IMG/VR virus record: IMGVR_UViG_3300027621_000003
Span: 186,001 to 250,000 of that record
Direction: 5' to 3' (one strand)
Length of the DNA: 64,000 nucleotides
The notes under the pieces are model-generated. The model saw nothing but the letters and a program-made list of their open reading frames with translations, made no database searches and was not told where the DNA came from. Below are positions 47,056-57,545 of the stretch, in pieces. Numbering within the stretch: the first letter of the stretch is position 1; each line of letters starts with the position of its first letter. The position numbers and the translations under genes were made by a program.

Positions 47056-48840
47056 TTAATGAAAGTCGCCATCATAGAAAATGTAGTACGTTTCACCTTC
47101 AAAAGATACACTTTCTTCACTTCCGTCATAGTTATTCAAAATTGTACCATATCCATCAGCATCAACAACCGCTTGAGCAAAATCATCTTCATCAATAAAA
47201 CCATTACTTGTTGCCCATTCACTAAAGTCATTACCACCCAAATAATTTTCATAAAAATCTTTAGCGTCATATCTATGTTCAGATATTTTATCTGCAACTA
47301 TAGAATCTAACTTATACTCATCATACTCACCATCTGGGTCATCTTCAATTTCTTCAATTTCATTATTTGCCTCATCAATCTCATCACCCATTCTGTCATA
47401 TTCATCACTATAATCTTCATCTTCATCATCTAAACTATCCCTTTCAGACTCTAAATTTAAAACCATTTGTTTTAATTCTACAATTCTGGCTTCTTGACTA
47501 CGGCTCAATTCTTTATCACTATCATCTAAATAAACTTCAGGATTATTGTAAACATCCTCTTCAAAAAAATCTTTTAAATATACCCTAAAACTATCATCAT
47601 CAAAATGTTCCATTACAAATGATTCATTATAACCATCATATCCTACATCATCCAACATATCTTTTACATATCTCACGGCTTCTCTTTCAGTATCATCAGA
47701 ATCACCAACTTTCCATCTACCTTGAAATTCTGTTGTTGTAAATTCTTTTAAAACATAATCACCAGTAGGTAACATATTATACACATCCATCTTGGCGTCT
47801 AATTCGGTTAACTCATCTTCCAACTCACTTATTTCATCCAACAAATCTCCTCTAACTTCTTCGTCATTATCATATTCCGCTTGAAGTCTGGTAATTTCAT
47901 TTTCAATTCTTGCAATTTCACTTTTATCTTCAGGTGTTTTTTCTTCAATTGTTCCTTCACTAATTAAAAAGTTAAAAAGAGCGTGAGCACAAGAACCCAT
48001 ATCACCTTGAGATAAATTATCTAAACTCCACTCATCATCTTCTCTTCTTTGATTAGCAGATTCAATTAAACCATTTTCAACTCTTTGTTGTTCTACTCTT
48101 GCTAATCTTTTTCTTTCAATCGCAAGCGTTTCTTTATCACCCCAAATTTCAAGTTCCTTGGCATATTTCTCTCTGATATATAAATCAATGTATTGTTTTA
48201 TACGAGCAAGTTCATTTGTTCCCATAATCCAACCACTGGTGAATTTATCGTCAGGAGCATCAAAATAAGATTCATCACCATCAAACTTTTTCAATAACGC
48301 AACTTTGTAGAATCTATCAGATGTTGCTTTTGTTTTATCTAAGATATAAAACAATTTCCCATCCTTCATATAGTTGTTAAAGTGTGTATTGTCAGCACTT
48401 GATGCTGTACACCATTTGGTACCAGCACCATAATAACAAGACGCTGTGGTTGTAAGTGGTGCGACAACGGTAAATTGGTCATTTTCAAAAACAATGTCCG
48501 CACCTTCAATAGATTTTACCGTTCTTCTTATTCTAGTTTCATATTCTTCAATCGCAGAATATAACTCAGCAAATGTTTTGTATTGATTAATATCTTTGAT
48601 TTGTAAATTGGGACCGATAGATACAAACTTCTTTAAAGTGTCTTTTATTTTTTCATCTAATAATCCACCAGCAATTGTTGGAGGTAATGCTCTACCTAAG
48701 AAAGTCAAAAACTTTGAACCATTTGGAATTTCATTAACCATCTTAATAATGGCATCTAACTTTTCAGGAGAAAACTTTTTCCCGTAAGTTGTTTTGAAGT
48801 CTTCTTCTCTTCCCTCTAATAACAAATTAATAAATTTCAT
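47056..48840 (-). CDS. Acidic protein with a YGxxxKWC domain and coiled coils
   Basis: ASCYYGAGTKWCTA; TATTTAT at 48854-48860. Confidence 0.75.
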   Translation of the reverse strand: MKFINLLLEGREEDFKTTYGKKFSPEKLDAIIKMVNEIPNGSKFLTFLGRALPPTIAGGLLDEKIKDTLKKFVSIGPNLQIKDINQYKTFAELYSAIEEYETRIRRTVKSIEGADIVFENDQFTVVAPLTTTASCYYGAGTKWCTASSADNTHFNNYMKDGKLFYILDKTKATSDRFYKVALLKKFDGDESYFDAPDDKFTSGWIMGTNELARIKQYIDLYIREKYAKELEIWGDKETLAIERKRLARVEQQRVENGLIESANQRREDDEWSLDNLSQGDMGSCAHALFNFLISEGTIEEKTPEDKSEIARIENEITRLQAEYDNDEEVRGDLLDEISELEDELTELDAKMDVYNMLPTGDYVLKEFTTTEFQGRWKVGDSDDTEREAVRYVKDMLDDVGYDGYNESFVMEHFDDDSFRVYLKDFFEEDVYNNPEVYLDDSDKELSRSQEARIVELKQMVLNLESERDSLDDEDEDYSDEYDRMGDEIDEANNEIEEIEDDPDGEYDEYKLDSIVADKISEHRYDAKDFYENYLGGNDFSEWATSNGFIDEDDFAQAVVDADGYGTILNNYDGSEESVSFEGETYYIFYDGDFH

Positions 48841-48949
48841 TATTCAATTTACTATAAATATTAATAAACTTGTAATATACACACAAACTTAATAAACAGA
48901 TTGTATTAAACAACTATTTATGTATAATAAACCTTAATAATATAAAACC

Positions 48950-49099
48950 ATGGGATGCGGATGTAAAAACAACGGTATAGTGCAACAACCACAAGCACAA
49001 CCACAGGGTCAACCAATTAACAGAACACAGAACCAAAGTCAAACGATTCAACAGTCAATTAAAAAGACGGTTCAAAAGTATTACAATCAAAAAAAATAA
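48950..49099 (+). CDS. Small MGCGCK protein, 49 aa, absent from the ORF track
   Basis: Hand-translated; followed by a terminator at 49110-49139. Confidence 0.65.
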   Translation: MGCGCKNNGIVQQPQAQPQGQPINRTQNQSQTIQQSIKKTVQKYYNQKK

Positions 49100-49153
49100 T
49101 ACTCTTTAATATGGGAAGTGAAAACTTCCCATTTTTTTTGTATTTATATTACT

Positions 49154-50179
49154 ATGGAAGATAAAATATCAGCCTTAATAGATAAATTTTATGATAATCC
49201 GTCTGGTGTTGCCAAAAACTTTGGTGGACCAGAACAATTCATAAAATTTGTTTTAACAAAAGGTAATCCTGAAGAACATTATTTGGACCCAAAAAATCAA
49301 TTCTTCTATGATGAAGGATTACAAGACTTATTGATTTGGGAACAATACCAATCCACACCTAATAAACTTGAGTATCTTAAACGTTTTATTAGTGATTTTT
49401 TAGAAAGTGATTTGGTTGTTGAAAATGATAGAATTATTTGGTTAATAGATAAAGATGATTTATTGATGGTTTTTGATGATAGGGGTAGAGATGGTACCGC
49501 TAAATATGCTGCTGAAATGGTATTTAACGAGGATTATAATGAACATTTTAATGATGTTATAGATGATTTTTATAATGATTGTGTAAGAACATTAAACGAC
49601 AAAAATGAAATTTTATTGGCAAATAAAATTGTTTCTGAATTACCACCATTAACTTCAGAGGATATTGAACAAACATCATTTTTAGAAGAGCTTTGGGAGA
49701 TTGAAGGTCAAAGTGGTTTTTTAAGTATTACTTCCGATAATATTTCAGAATTATTGGGGGACAATGAAACAACCGACTATATTATAACTAATTTTTTTCC
49801 TGATTTAAAAAATGATATGATGAATGCTTACCATAACGCATTTAACACAGCATATGAAGATGAATTATCCAAAGAAGTTTATAGCAATTTAGAAGGGTTT
49901 TTTGGTGATTCAGGTAAGATGGTTAATGTAGGTACCAATCGTGCCGGAAATGATATTTGGACTTACGCAATTGATGTAACCAACACATTTGATTATTTAT
50001 TCAAAGAATTTTTTATGAATTGGAGCAACCATTACAACCCAATTGAATATTATGGTTCTTTCAAGGAAATGTTAAACCAATTATTTGATGATGGTCTTAA
50101 CAAAATTGACTTTACCATTCCTGATTATCCAGATTCAGATGAAATTGAAAGTGCGTATAACGAATACGTTGAAATTTAA
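49154..50179 (+). CDS. Acidic hypothetical protein
   Basis: Start corrected (TATTTAT at 49141-49147). Confidence 0.75.
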   Translation: MEDKISALIDKFYDNPSGVAKNFGGPEQFIKFVLTKGNPEEHYLDPKNQFFYDEGLQDLLIWEQYQSTPNKLEYLKRFISDFLESDLVVENDRIIWLIDKDDLLMVFDDRGRDGTAKYAAEMVFNEDYNEHFNDVIDDFYNDCVRTLNDKNEILLANKIVSELPPLTSEDIEQTSFLEELWEIEGQSGFLSITSDNISELLGDNETTDYIITNFFPDLKNDMMNAYHNAFNTAYEDELSKEVYSNLEGFFGDSGKMVNVGTNRAGNDIWTYAIDVTNTFDYLFKEFFMNWSNHYNPIEYYGSFKEMLNQLFDDGLNKIDFTIPDYPDSDEIESAYNEYVEI

Positions 50180-50224
50180 TTAACCCTTTATACTATCAAA
50201 TTAAATTCATAAGTTTTAACCAAT

Positions 50225-51040
50225 ATGAATTTAATCAACCCCGATTCTATAGAAGGAATTATTAATCATTTTGCAAATCATTTATTAGAACAAGTTGGTG
50301 ATAACTTAATTAACGAGAACACCTTCCAAGTATCATATTATTTTCCATCCATTATGGTTGTGTCAGGTTCAATTACATCTGATAATGAATTCTTTAATCT
50401 ACCAAAACAATTTGAAATCTTTAAGGAAAAATACAAATATGAATTTCCAAGTACGAAATTAAGATTCATTGATAATATCAGATACAACACATCATCATCA
50501 TACAATCAAAATTGGCACAGGTTCTACAATACCCCAAGACCGTTGTATAATGAATATCAACTCAGTACATACATTGAGAAAGATTATAGGTCAATGAAGT
50601 CAAGTGCTATTGTTAGTATTGGTGAAGACTATTCAAACGTATCCACATTCTTTTTTGATGATAATCGTTTAACATATCTTTCAAATTCCACACATCATAG
50701 TCAATACCCACACGGTTATTCAAAAGAATTAAGAAAGAAATTATACTCAATGGAGTTTATTGCCTACAACATGTTCAGGGTATCTAAATCAAAAGTGATG
50801 GACATCCATACTTGGGGTGAAACACCTGAAACATTTACAATGAATGATAATATGTTCAAAATAAGAACAAACTCAAGATGGAGCAATGAAAAATTGTCAT
50901 CAGTTGCACTTGATGTTTTATGTGATTATAACATCAATGAAGCAATTGAAGACTACGATATTAATGATGATTTGTTTCTACCAATAGCCGACAAGCCATG
51001 GAATGAACATTATAAGATGGATGAATTAATTCTATTTTAA
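50225..51040 (+). CDS. Hypothetical protein
   Basis: ORF track. Confidence 0.7.
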   Translation: MNLINPDSIEGIINHFANHLLEQVGDNLINENTFQVSYYFPSIMVVSGSITSDNEFFNLPKQFEIFKEKYKYEFPSTKLRFIDNIRYNTSSSYNQNWHRFYNTPRPLYNEYQLSTYIEKDYRSMKSSAIVSIGEDYSNVSTFFFDDNRLTYLSNSTHHSQYPHGYSKELRKKLYSMEFIAYNMFRVSKSKVMDIHTWGETPETFTMNDNMFKIRTNSRWSNEKLSSVALDVLCDYNINEAIEDYDINDDLFLPIADKPWNEHYKMDELILF

Positions 51041-51044
51041 TAAG

Positions 51045-51080
51045 TTTCGTAACAAATACTATATACTATTTGTTACGAAA
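51045..51080. terminator. Perfect 14-bp hairpin between convergent genes
   Basis: tttcgtaacaaata-ctatatac-tatttgttacgaaa. Confidence 0.6.
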
Positions 51081-51101
51081 TCCCTTCAACTGAATGACCA
51101 G

Positions 51102-51374
51102 TTAAGCAATTTGTTCCTGAATAAGAGTAATCGCTTCTTCCAACTCTTGAAAGTCCCTGTCAGGTGCATAAAACTTAGCATCTGTTGTACCTTCCTCAAT
51201 AATCATTATTGCCGGTACATATTCATTATCAGTTACTTTAACAAACAAACTATATTCTTCTTCGTTTTCATTAATATCCGCTTCAATATATTCAATACCC
51301 TCTTTGGTTAACATATCTTTGAAGTCAGTACAATGTGGACATCCATCCATCGTGAAAACTAAAACGTGTTTCAT
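51102..51374 (-). CDS. Glutaredoxin-like protein
   Basis: GCPHC motif; VP. Confidence 0.85.
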   Translation of the reverse strand: MKHVLVFTMDGCPHCTDFKDMLTKEGIEYIEADINENEEEYSLFVKVTDNEYVPAIMIIEEGTTDAKFYAPDRDFQELEEAITLIQEQIA

Positions 51375-51670
51375 TAATTTAAGAAACTATCAAATTCAGA
51401 TTCTTGTAGGATACCTGTATGAGATTTAACTACTGAAGAACCTTCATAAAGTTTAAGTGTTGGTACACTACGGACGTTTTGTTCTAATGTAAATTTAATG
51501 TCAGAATCTACATCAAATTTGTAAATTGGAACACCCAATTTGTCACCACTTGTTTCCAAGATACGACCTAACATTTTGCATGGTCCACACCATTTGGCAA
51601 AATAATCAATTATGAATCTCTCACCAGATTCCATCTTCTCTCTTAGTTGTTCAACTGTTAGTTCTTGCAT
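51374..51670 (-). CDS. trxA: Thioredoxin
   Basis: WCGPCK; VRSVPT. Confidence 0.9.
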   Translation of the reverse strand: MQELTVEQLREKMESGERFIIDYFAKWCGPCKMLGRILETSGDKLGVPIYKFDVDSDIKFTLEQNVRSVPTLKLYEGSSVVKSHTGILQESEFDSFLN

Positions 51671-51971
51671 TTTGTTTTTTCTTTAGTCTTGTTATAAAAA
51701 ATACAACCTCGTCATATTGTTCAGGTTTAAAGTGTATCTTTAAACTATAAAATGATGGGTTAATTTGTTTTATATAAATATAGAAAGATGCACTTGTTTC
51801 GTAAATACCTTTGACAATATTTCCAGTGGATGTAACGTCAAAGTATATTGGTTTCATTTTGAAAATTTCATCCACAACGGTAAGTTCCCCCACCTCAATT
51901 TCGGATAGGGGAACTCCATTTTCTTTTTCAAGATGTAGGATTACTCTTTCTATTTTATTGGGGTAATCCAT
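51651..51971 (-). CDS. Hypothetical protein
   Basis: ORF track. Confidence 0.6.
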   Translation of the reverse strand: MDYPNKIERVILHLEKENGVPLSEIEVGELTVVDEIFKMKPIYFDVTSTGNIVKGIYETSASFYIYIKQINPSFYSLKIHFKPEQYDEVVFFITRLKKKQNARTNS

Positions 51972-52123
51972 TAACCTTGACCGCGATACGCTTTTTTATA
52001 ATTTTTGGATTGTTTGTGTTTGGATGTCTTTGTTTTTGCTTGGACACCAGGACGAGACACTTTTGCCTTTTCTTTGTACTTCAATGAGTAACTTGAGGTT
52101 GATTTTACGGGTTTCTTAGCCAT
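51971..52123 (-). CDS. Small Lys-rich protein, 50 aa, ending KNYKKAYRGQG; absent from the ORF track
   Basis: Hand-translated; TATCTTTG at 52157-52164. Confidence 0.7.
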   Translation of the reverse strand: MAKKPVKSTSSYSLKYKEKAKVSRPGVQAKTKTSKHKQSKNYKKAYRGQG

Positions 52124-52174
52124 TTCTTATATGTTTTATATTGTTAGATTGTTATACAAAGATACTGATAATTT

Positions 52175-53854
52175 TTAGAAATCCAAATCAAACATCAGAA
52201 TATTTTGTAAATATTCTTCATTGGTTATTTCTGAATTGTCATTTGTGTCTGTAATACCATCCTGTAGTATTCTATATTCACTCATAGAATTTTTAACCAC
52301 ATTATATTTGATGGTTTCTGTTTGTGTTGTTTTTGTCATTTTGAAATCTTCAAACTTAAAATGTTTGACAGCCAACATAACTTGATTATCAAGTTCTTCA
52401 AGTGCGAAGTTCCATTTGGAATCCAAATTTTTATTAAACCTTCCAAGACTTTGTTTTCTTTCAAATTTTGAATTAGAGTAATTCCATCGGTATTCAATAG
52501 TTGCTCTTTCTTTTGATTCAGAACTACCTTCCCTTAACGATATAATAAAACAGTGTATGTTTTTATGATAAGTTTTAACACAATTTGATTGATATTCTGA
52601 TTCGTCAAAATATTCGTATTGTTTTGTAAACAAAATTGGATAATATACACCACCTTGAGGTGTGGCTATTTCTTTACCTATACCATCGAAGAATCGTTGT
52701 GAGTATATTCTATTCCATTCACCATCTTTATGAAGAGATATTTTATTTGAAAATTCTATGTGTTCAACTGTAAACTCATTATTAGTTTTACTTTTCCATA
52801 CAACATCTTCATTATATCGTAATTTCAATGTAAGATAAAATTTAATGTGGTCCATAAAGGTATAGACACTACCACCATTCATAATAGAATTAACAAGACA
52901 TGTATAAAGATTAATTCTTTCTTTATTAGTAATGTGTTTGTTTAAAAGTCTGGTATAATTTCTTACATCAAAATAATCTTTGTACTGAAACAATTCTAAA
53001 ATTTCATTATCAGGTCGTGATTTAAGATATTTTGGTGGAACAATATTTTGAACAAAATTAATAACATTTGAATTAATAGTATTCACCAAATGTAAAACAC
53101 GATGGAATTTTTTACCACTTAAATCATATTTTTTTTCCGCAGCCTCAATCAAGTTAAAATGTGATTTTCTTAACTGTTTCATTGTCATACTTTCCCCATT
53201 GTTAAAAAATGCCAAATAATTGTTGGGTACTACAACATTGTGTAATGTAAGATAGTTTGTTATAAGTAAGTTGTTGGGACTAAATTTTCCATCTTTAGTT
53301 ATGTCAATGTCATGACCAAAAACTTTATTAAAAAAAGTACTGGAATAATTTATAAATAACCTTTCACCATCATCAGGGAAATGTGTCTTACATAGGGCAG
53401 ATAATCTACTAAAAAAATCAGTAATCATACCATTCCAAGCGTTAGACCTGACATATGATTGATTACCCTTGTTGTATTTTGTACCAACATATACAATTTT
53501 AGTTTTTTTATTAAAAGTTAAGAACTCAACTCTTTTATTGGTAACAAAATAATGTTTCCCTTCATTTCTATACTTCACATAGTAATACGCCTTTAAACTT
53601 ACTTTATCTTCACTATCTTCTAATACTAATGTAACTCTATTAAGATGAATATGCCATAACTTATTTCCATAGTTCTCTAAATAAGTTTCTTTTTCAATTG
53701 TATTTACACGACCATCAGGTCTAAAAAAATAACGTTTTTTCTTACCATCACGATTCATACTCTGAGCCAATTCAAAATCTCTTTGTATATCACAATGGTC
53801 ATGGAATTTTCTACCATGAAATTCTTCAAACACATTTTTTAATAGTGGTTCCAT
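52175..53854 (-). CDS. PcfJ-like domain protein
   Basis: EYFDESEYQSNCVKTY...IISLR...RATIEY...QSLGRFN. Confidence 0.7.
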   Translation of the reverse strand: MEPLLKNVFEEFHGRKFHDHCDIQRDFELAQSMNRDGKKKRYFFRPDGRVNTIEKETYLENYGNKLWHIHLNRVTLVLEDSEDKVSLKAYYYVKYRNEGKHYFVTNKRVEFLTFNKKTKIVYVGTKYNKGNQSYVRSNAWNGMITDFFSRLSALCKTHFPDDGERLFINYSSTFFNKVFGHDIDITKDGKFSPNNLLITNYLTLHNVVVPNNYLAFFNNGESMTMKQLRKSHFNLIEAAEKKYDLSGKKFHRVLHLVNTINSNVINFVQNIVPPKYLKSRPDNEILELFQYKDYFDVRNYTRLLNKHITNKERINLYTCLVNSIMNGGSVYTFMDHIKFYLTLKLRYNEDVVWKSKTNNEFTVEHIEFSNKISLHKDGEWNRIYSQRFFDGIGKEIATPQGGVYYPILFTKQYEYFDESEYQSNCVKTYHKNIHCFIISLREGSSESKERATIEYRWNYSNSKFERKQSLGRFNKNLDSKWNFALEELDNQVMLAVKHFKFEDFKMTKTTQTETIKYNVVKNSMSEYRILQDGITDTNDNSEITNEEYLQNILMFDLDF

Positions 53855-53876
53855 ATTCACAAAGATAATAAAAAAA

Positions 53877-54185
53877 TTAGTTTAAACCAACCAAACCAAA
53901 GCCAGTTTCCATAAATGGTGACTTTTTTACTTTAACATCAATTTTGTGTGTTTCATTGAATAATTCAAAAATTAAATCCACCATTTCTTTTCGGGTCAAT
54001 TCAACTTCATCACCCTTGTCAGCATGTTCATAAACCTTGACTTTAATCTTGTCATAGAATTTGTCTTTGCTCATTTCACCAATCAATATTTTTAATTGGT
54101 CAGGATTGACATCAAAGAAATGAAAAATTTGTTTTAAATAGATTTCAACATCTACATTCATAAACATTAATTTTGAACGAACCAA
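53877..54185 (-). CDS. Hypothetical protein (probable start ~54161)
   Basis: ORF track. Confidence 0.6.
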   Translation of the reverse strand: MVRSKLMFMNVDVEIYLKQIFHFFDVNPDQLKILIGEMSKDKFYDKIKVKVYEHADKGDEVELTRKEMVDLIFELFNETHKIDVKVKKSPFMETGFGLVGLN

Positions 54186-55525
54186 ACATCACCACCATTT
54201 TCAACAAAACGTTGTTGAAGTCTTTCAGGTATTTTCAAATCGGAGTTACTTCCTTTAACAGACAACGCAATCAAATTTGGAAGGTCAGCAATCCATTCAG
54301 GAAGTTCTTTCAAATTAGGGTTGTTTGGAAGTGATAAGAACTCAAGGTTCTTAAGGTCTTTCAATTCATCAGGAACTTTACTCAAACCGTTTTCAACGTA
54401 GAACGTTTGAAGGTTTTTCAAGTTAGCCAACTCTTTAGGGAATAATAAATCCAAAGACTCTCTTGAAGTGTTTGTGAAATCTATTCTTTCAGTTTGTGGG
54501 TCAATGTTCTTGAATAATTCATCCCAACCATACAAGGCAACATACTTAGATGAAGCATCTCTTGGGTAATCAATAACCAATTCTTTACCTGACTTGGCGT
54601 CTTTAGATAAACCTTTTACAAATTCAGGTTTGAAGTAATTTTTCAACTCTTTCATTGGTCCGTTCAATAATTGAACCAAATCTTGTTGACGGTCATGAAC
54701 ATCCATAAACTGATTAGATGGGAAGTGGAACTGATATCTTTCAGCAGGAAGACCAGATACATCACCACGTTTTCCTTCAGTAGTATTAGGAATAATAACA
54801 TATAAAGGACCATCTTTAATGTAACGGTCAAACCAACTTAAACCAGGTGCTGATGTACACCATCTTGTTTCACCTTTACTTGGTTCCAACTGGTTACCAC
54901 CATAGAAACAAGCCGCGTCTTTACCCAACTGACCTTTGTCTTCAACTTTAGCAATTGTCCATTCAGGTCCACGGAATACAATCTCTCCACCTGGATGCTC
55001 ATAAGTTTGAGAAGCAATTTTCTTTTCCTCCTTTGATGCTTTGGTTTTTTCCATTGAGAAATCTTTAACCAAATCGTAAAGTTTTTCAGGTGTTAATTTA
55101 TTAATATCTCTTAATTCTGAAGGTATTTTACCCTTATGTCTGTCGAACTTTTGTAAGTCACCAGTAATTTTATAAAGGTCTTCCATGAATTGAGATTTCA
55201 TCATTTTTGCAGCATTTGCAGCCACTTTATCTGATAAATCAAGGAATTGACCTTCCTCATCTTTTGGACGTTGGTTAAGGTAAGTTTTGATTATCCATTG
55301 AGCGTATGGTCCAACTTTTTTAACAACAGAAAAGTCACCACTAAAACTGTCTACATCAACACCTTCAGTAACTTTTGTCTGTGGGTCAGCTATAACCAAC
55401 GCAAATAACTCCTGAGGAGTTAACAAAGGTTTCTTACCCTTTTCGGCTTTAGTAAGCTTGTCCGCCAAGACATCCATTCTTGACTGTTCAACAATAACCC
55501 TTCTTAATAAATCTTGAAATCTCAT
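54167..55525 (-). CDS. Leader protein with a YG..RWC domain and C-terminal leucine-rich repeats
   Basis: AACFYGG...ETRWCTSA; LxxLxxLxLxNN repeats (LKNLEFLSLPNNPNLKELPEWI). Confidence 0.75.
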   Translation of the reverse strand: MRFQDLLRRVIVEQSRMDVLADKLTKAEKGKKPLLTPQELFALVIADPQTKVTEGVDVDSFSGDFSVVKKVGPYAQWIIKTYLNQRPKDEEGQFLDLSDKVAANAAKMMKSQFMEDLYKITGDLQKFDRHKGKIPSELRDINKLTPEKLYDLVKDFSMEKTKASKEEKKIASQTYEHPGGEIVFRGPEWTIAKVEDKGQLGKDAACFYGGNQLEPSKGETRWCTSAPGLSWFDRYIKDGPLYVIIPNTTEGKRGDVSGLPAERYQFHFPSNQFMDVHDRQQDLVQLLNGPMKELKNYFKPEFVKGLSKDAKSGKELVIDYPRDASSKYVALYGWDELFKNIDPQTERIDFTNTSRESLDLLFPKELANLKNLQTFYVENGLSKVPDELKDLKNLEFLSLPNNPNLKELPEWIADLPNLIALSVKGSNSDLKIPERLQQRFVENGGDVWFVQN

Positions 55526-55569
55526 TTCGGTATCTTTTGTCATATAAATATCTATAAATTGTGGTTTTT

Positions 55570-56409
55570 TTAATAATTCATTATTAAAAGTTCTTGACCC
55601 ATGTTCTGTGTCTTACCTTTGGTCGCTGAAGCCGCCTTAGCGAACTCCTTCATTTCCCATTTGTAAGTTTCTTTTGGATACCACAAAGATAGTAAATCAA
55701 AGTCATAATATGACAAAGAAAATTTTCCACTTATTGATGTTAACTTGTCAGCAAGTCTTTTGTGGTCGTCCACATCAAAGTCGTGATTAGAATAATAGTT
55801 CTCTGTTTTCCAATATGGAGGGTCAACATAGAAGTATGTTGTAGGACTATCAAACTCATCAATTACATTACCAAAGTCCCCCAACCTGAAATGTGATATT
55901 CTATTGAAATGTTCAACCCAATCAGGTTTTGATAACTTATCCCTGAACGTCAAGAACTTTGATTTGTACTTACCCTTAAGGTCAATGAACCCTGATGTTT
56001 CAGGTCGTGAACCACTGAAGATTGATGTAAGAATGTAAGCATACTTGGCTGCCACATCATAGTCAGGATAGTTAATCGTAAACCCCGTAGCAAACAACTC
56101 TTTCTGAAACAAATTAAATTGTTCTTTATAGATACTCGGAGTGTCCTCAACACCCCTTTCCTGACATGGAATACTATTCACTGCGTTTAATAGAACTGAA
56201 GGGTTCTGAAGACACAAGAATAGGTTGTAATTCAATGGATTGAAGTCATTGTATACCACTCGTTTAAGATTTGGGTATTTACTCAAATCCATATTGAAGA
56301 AACACCAAAACATTCCACCGAATGTTTCAACATATGTTTCCATATCGGTTGGATAGTAATCCTTAATCCACTTACCGATTTTTGATTTTCCGCCTATGTA
56401 ACTTAACAT
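55570..56409 (-). CDS. Dam-like (D12 class) DNA adenine methyltransferase
   Basis: YIGGKS, YVETFGG, VYND, FYVDPPY and ELLIMNY. Confidence 0.9.
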   Translation of the reverse strand: MLSYIGGKSKIGKWIKDYYPTDMETYVETFGGMFWCFFNMDLSKYPNLKRVVYNDFNPLNYNLFLCLQNPSVLLNAVNSIPCQERGVEDTPSIYKEQFNLFQKELFATGFTINYPDYDVAAKYAYILTSIFSGSRPETSGFIDLKGKYKSKFLTFRDKLSKPDWVEHFNRISHFRLGDFGNVIDEFDSPTTYFYVDPPYWKTENYYSNHDFDVDDHKRLADKLTSISGKFSLSYYDFDLLSLWYPKETYKWEMKEFAKAASATKGKTQNMGQELLIMNY

Positions 56410-56482
56410 ACAACAAATATAAGAAAGTTTTACCTAAAAAGCAAATGTTTACAAGAAATATTTATTGTAATATATTAGAACT

Positions 56483-56614
56483 ATGGGATGTCAAACTTGT
56501 AAAGAAAAAGGTGAAAGTAAAATTAACTGGATGGTAGTACTTGCCGTTGAGGTATTAATTGTGTCAGTTTATGGACACGTTAAATTATTTGAGGTTCTTT
56601 CTACCCTCTTTTAA
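56483..56614 (+). CDS. Small MGCQTCK membrane protein, 43 aa, absent from the ORF track
   Basis: Hand-translated; TATTTAT at 56459-56465. Confidence 0.55.
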   Translation: MGCQTCKEKGESKINWMVVLAVEVLIVSVYGHVKLFEVLSTLF

Positions 56615-57545
56615 ATTTAACAATATTTTTCACATACATATCCCCAACTCTTTCTCTTCTAAAACCTTTTCCTCTAACCCTCATTGGTGTTGATGTATCA
56701 AACACTTCAGGGTATTTGATTGATATTTTTCCGTCAGGGTGTGGTATTTCAATACTTTCTTTTTGTAACCCTTCAAAATCAACAATATTAATATAAATCA
56801 AATCATCACCAAGTTTCTCCCAATCGGGATGTTTAACCATATTGACTTTTATTAATAAGTTTCCGTAATTTCCATTATGGAAATCACCAGCGTTTTCCAT
56901 TCTATAATATTCACCATCATCTATTCCGTGATTTAGATTAATTTTAAGATTTTTAAATTCACCTACTGTTGACCTTCCTCCACACTGAAAACAAGCTTTA
57001 ATTAACATGGTACCTTTACCTTGACATATGGGACAAACATTCCTAATGACTTGTGTAAATAAACCATTTCCAACCTGTTGTACAATCTGACCAGTACCAC
57101 GACAATTGGTACACGTGGTGCGGTCACCACCAGTTCCATTACAAGGTTGACACCCAATCTCTCGTCTGTAGTTTATTTCTTTCTCAGAACCCAAATAAGA
57201 CTCAATTGGTGTAACATCAATTGATATGATTTTTTCAGGTGCTTTAGGTTTTCTTTGTTGTCCCTCAAAAGGATTTCCATTGAAACCCATTTGACTTAAG
57301 AAGTCTTCAAATCCCATTCCACCAGGTCCACCAGTACCAAACATGCTTGACATAGGGTTATCATACTTTTGTTTTTTGTCAGGACTACTTAAGGTATCGT
57401 AAGCCTCAGCAATCTCTTTAAACTTTTCCTCACCATCAGGGTTTACATCTGGATGAAATTGTTTACTTAATTTCCTATATGCTTTTTTGATTTCGTCAGG
57501 GGATGCATTTTTATCAACACCTAATATACCGTAATAATCTTTCAT
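56601..57545 (-). CDS. dnaJ: DnaJ chaperone
   Basis: J-domain with HPD; CxxCxGxG zinc repeats; C-terminal domain. Confidence 0.93.
   Translation of the reverse strand: MKDYYGILGVDKNASPDEIKKAYRKLSKQFHPDVNPDGEEKFKEIAEAYDTLSSPDKKQKYDNPMSSMFGTGGPGGMGFEDFLSQMGFNGNPFEGQQRKPKAPEKIISIDVTPIESYLGSEKEINYRREIGCQPCNGTGGDRTTCTNCRGTGQIVQQVGNGLFTQVIRNVCPICQGKGTMLIKACFQCGGRSTVGEFKNLKINLNHGIDDGEYYRMENAGDFHNGNYGNLLIKVNMVKHPDWEKLGDDLIYINIVDFEGLQKESIEIPHPDGKISIKYPEVFDTSTPMRVRGKGFRRERVGDMYVKNIVKFKRG

Noticed and set aside
8803-57545. Bacterial chromosome or eukaryotic giant-virus origin, suggested by nuoB, ppsA, GSII and dnaJ
   Set aside because: These genes are isolated from their usual operons and embedded among phage-type hypotheticals, RNA ligases and T4-like modules with bacterial promoters and terminators.
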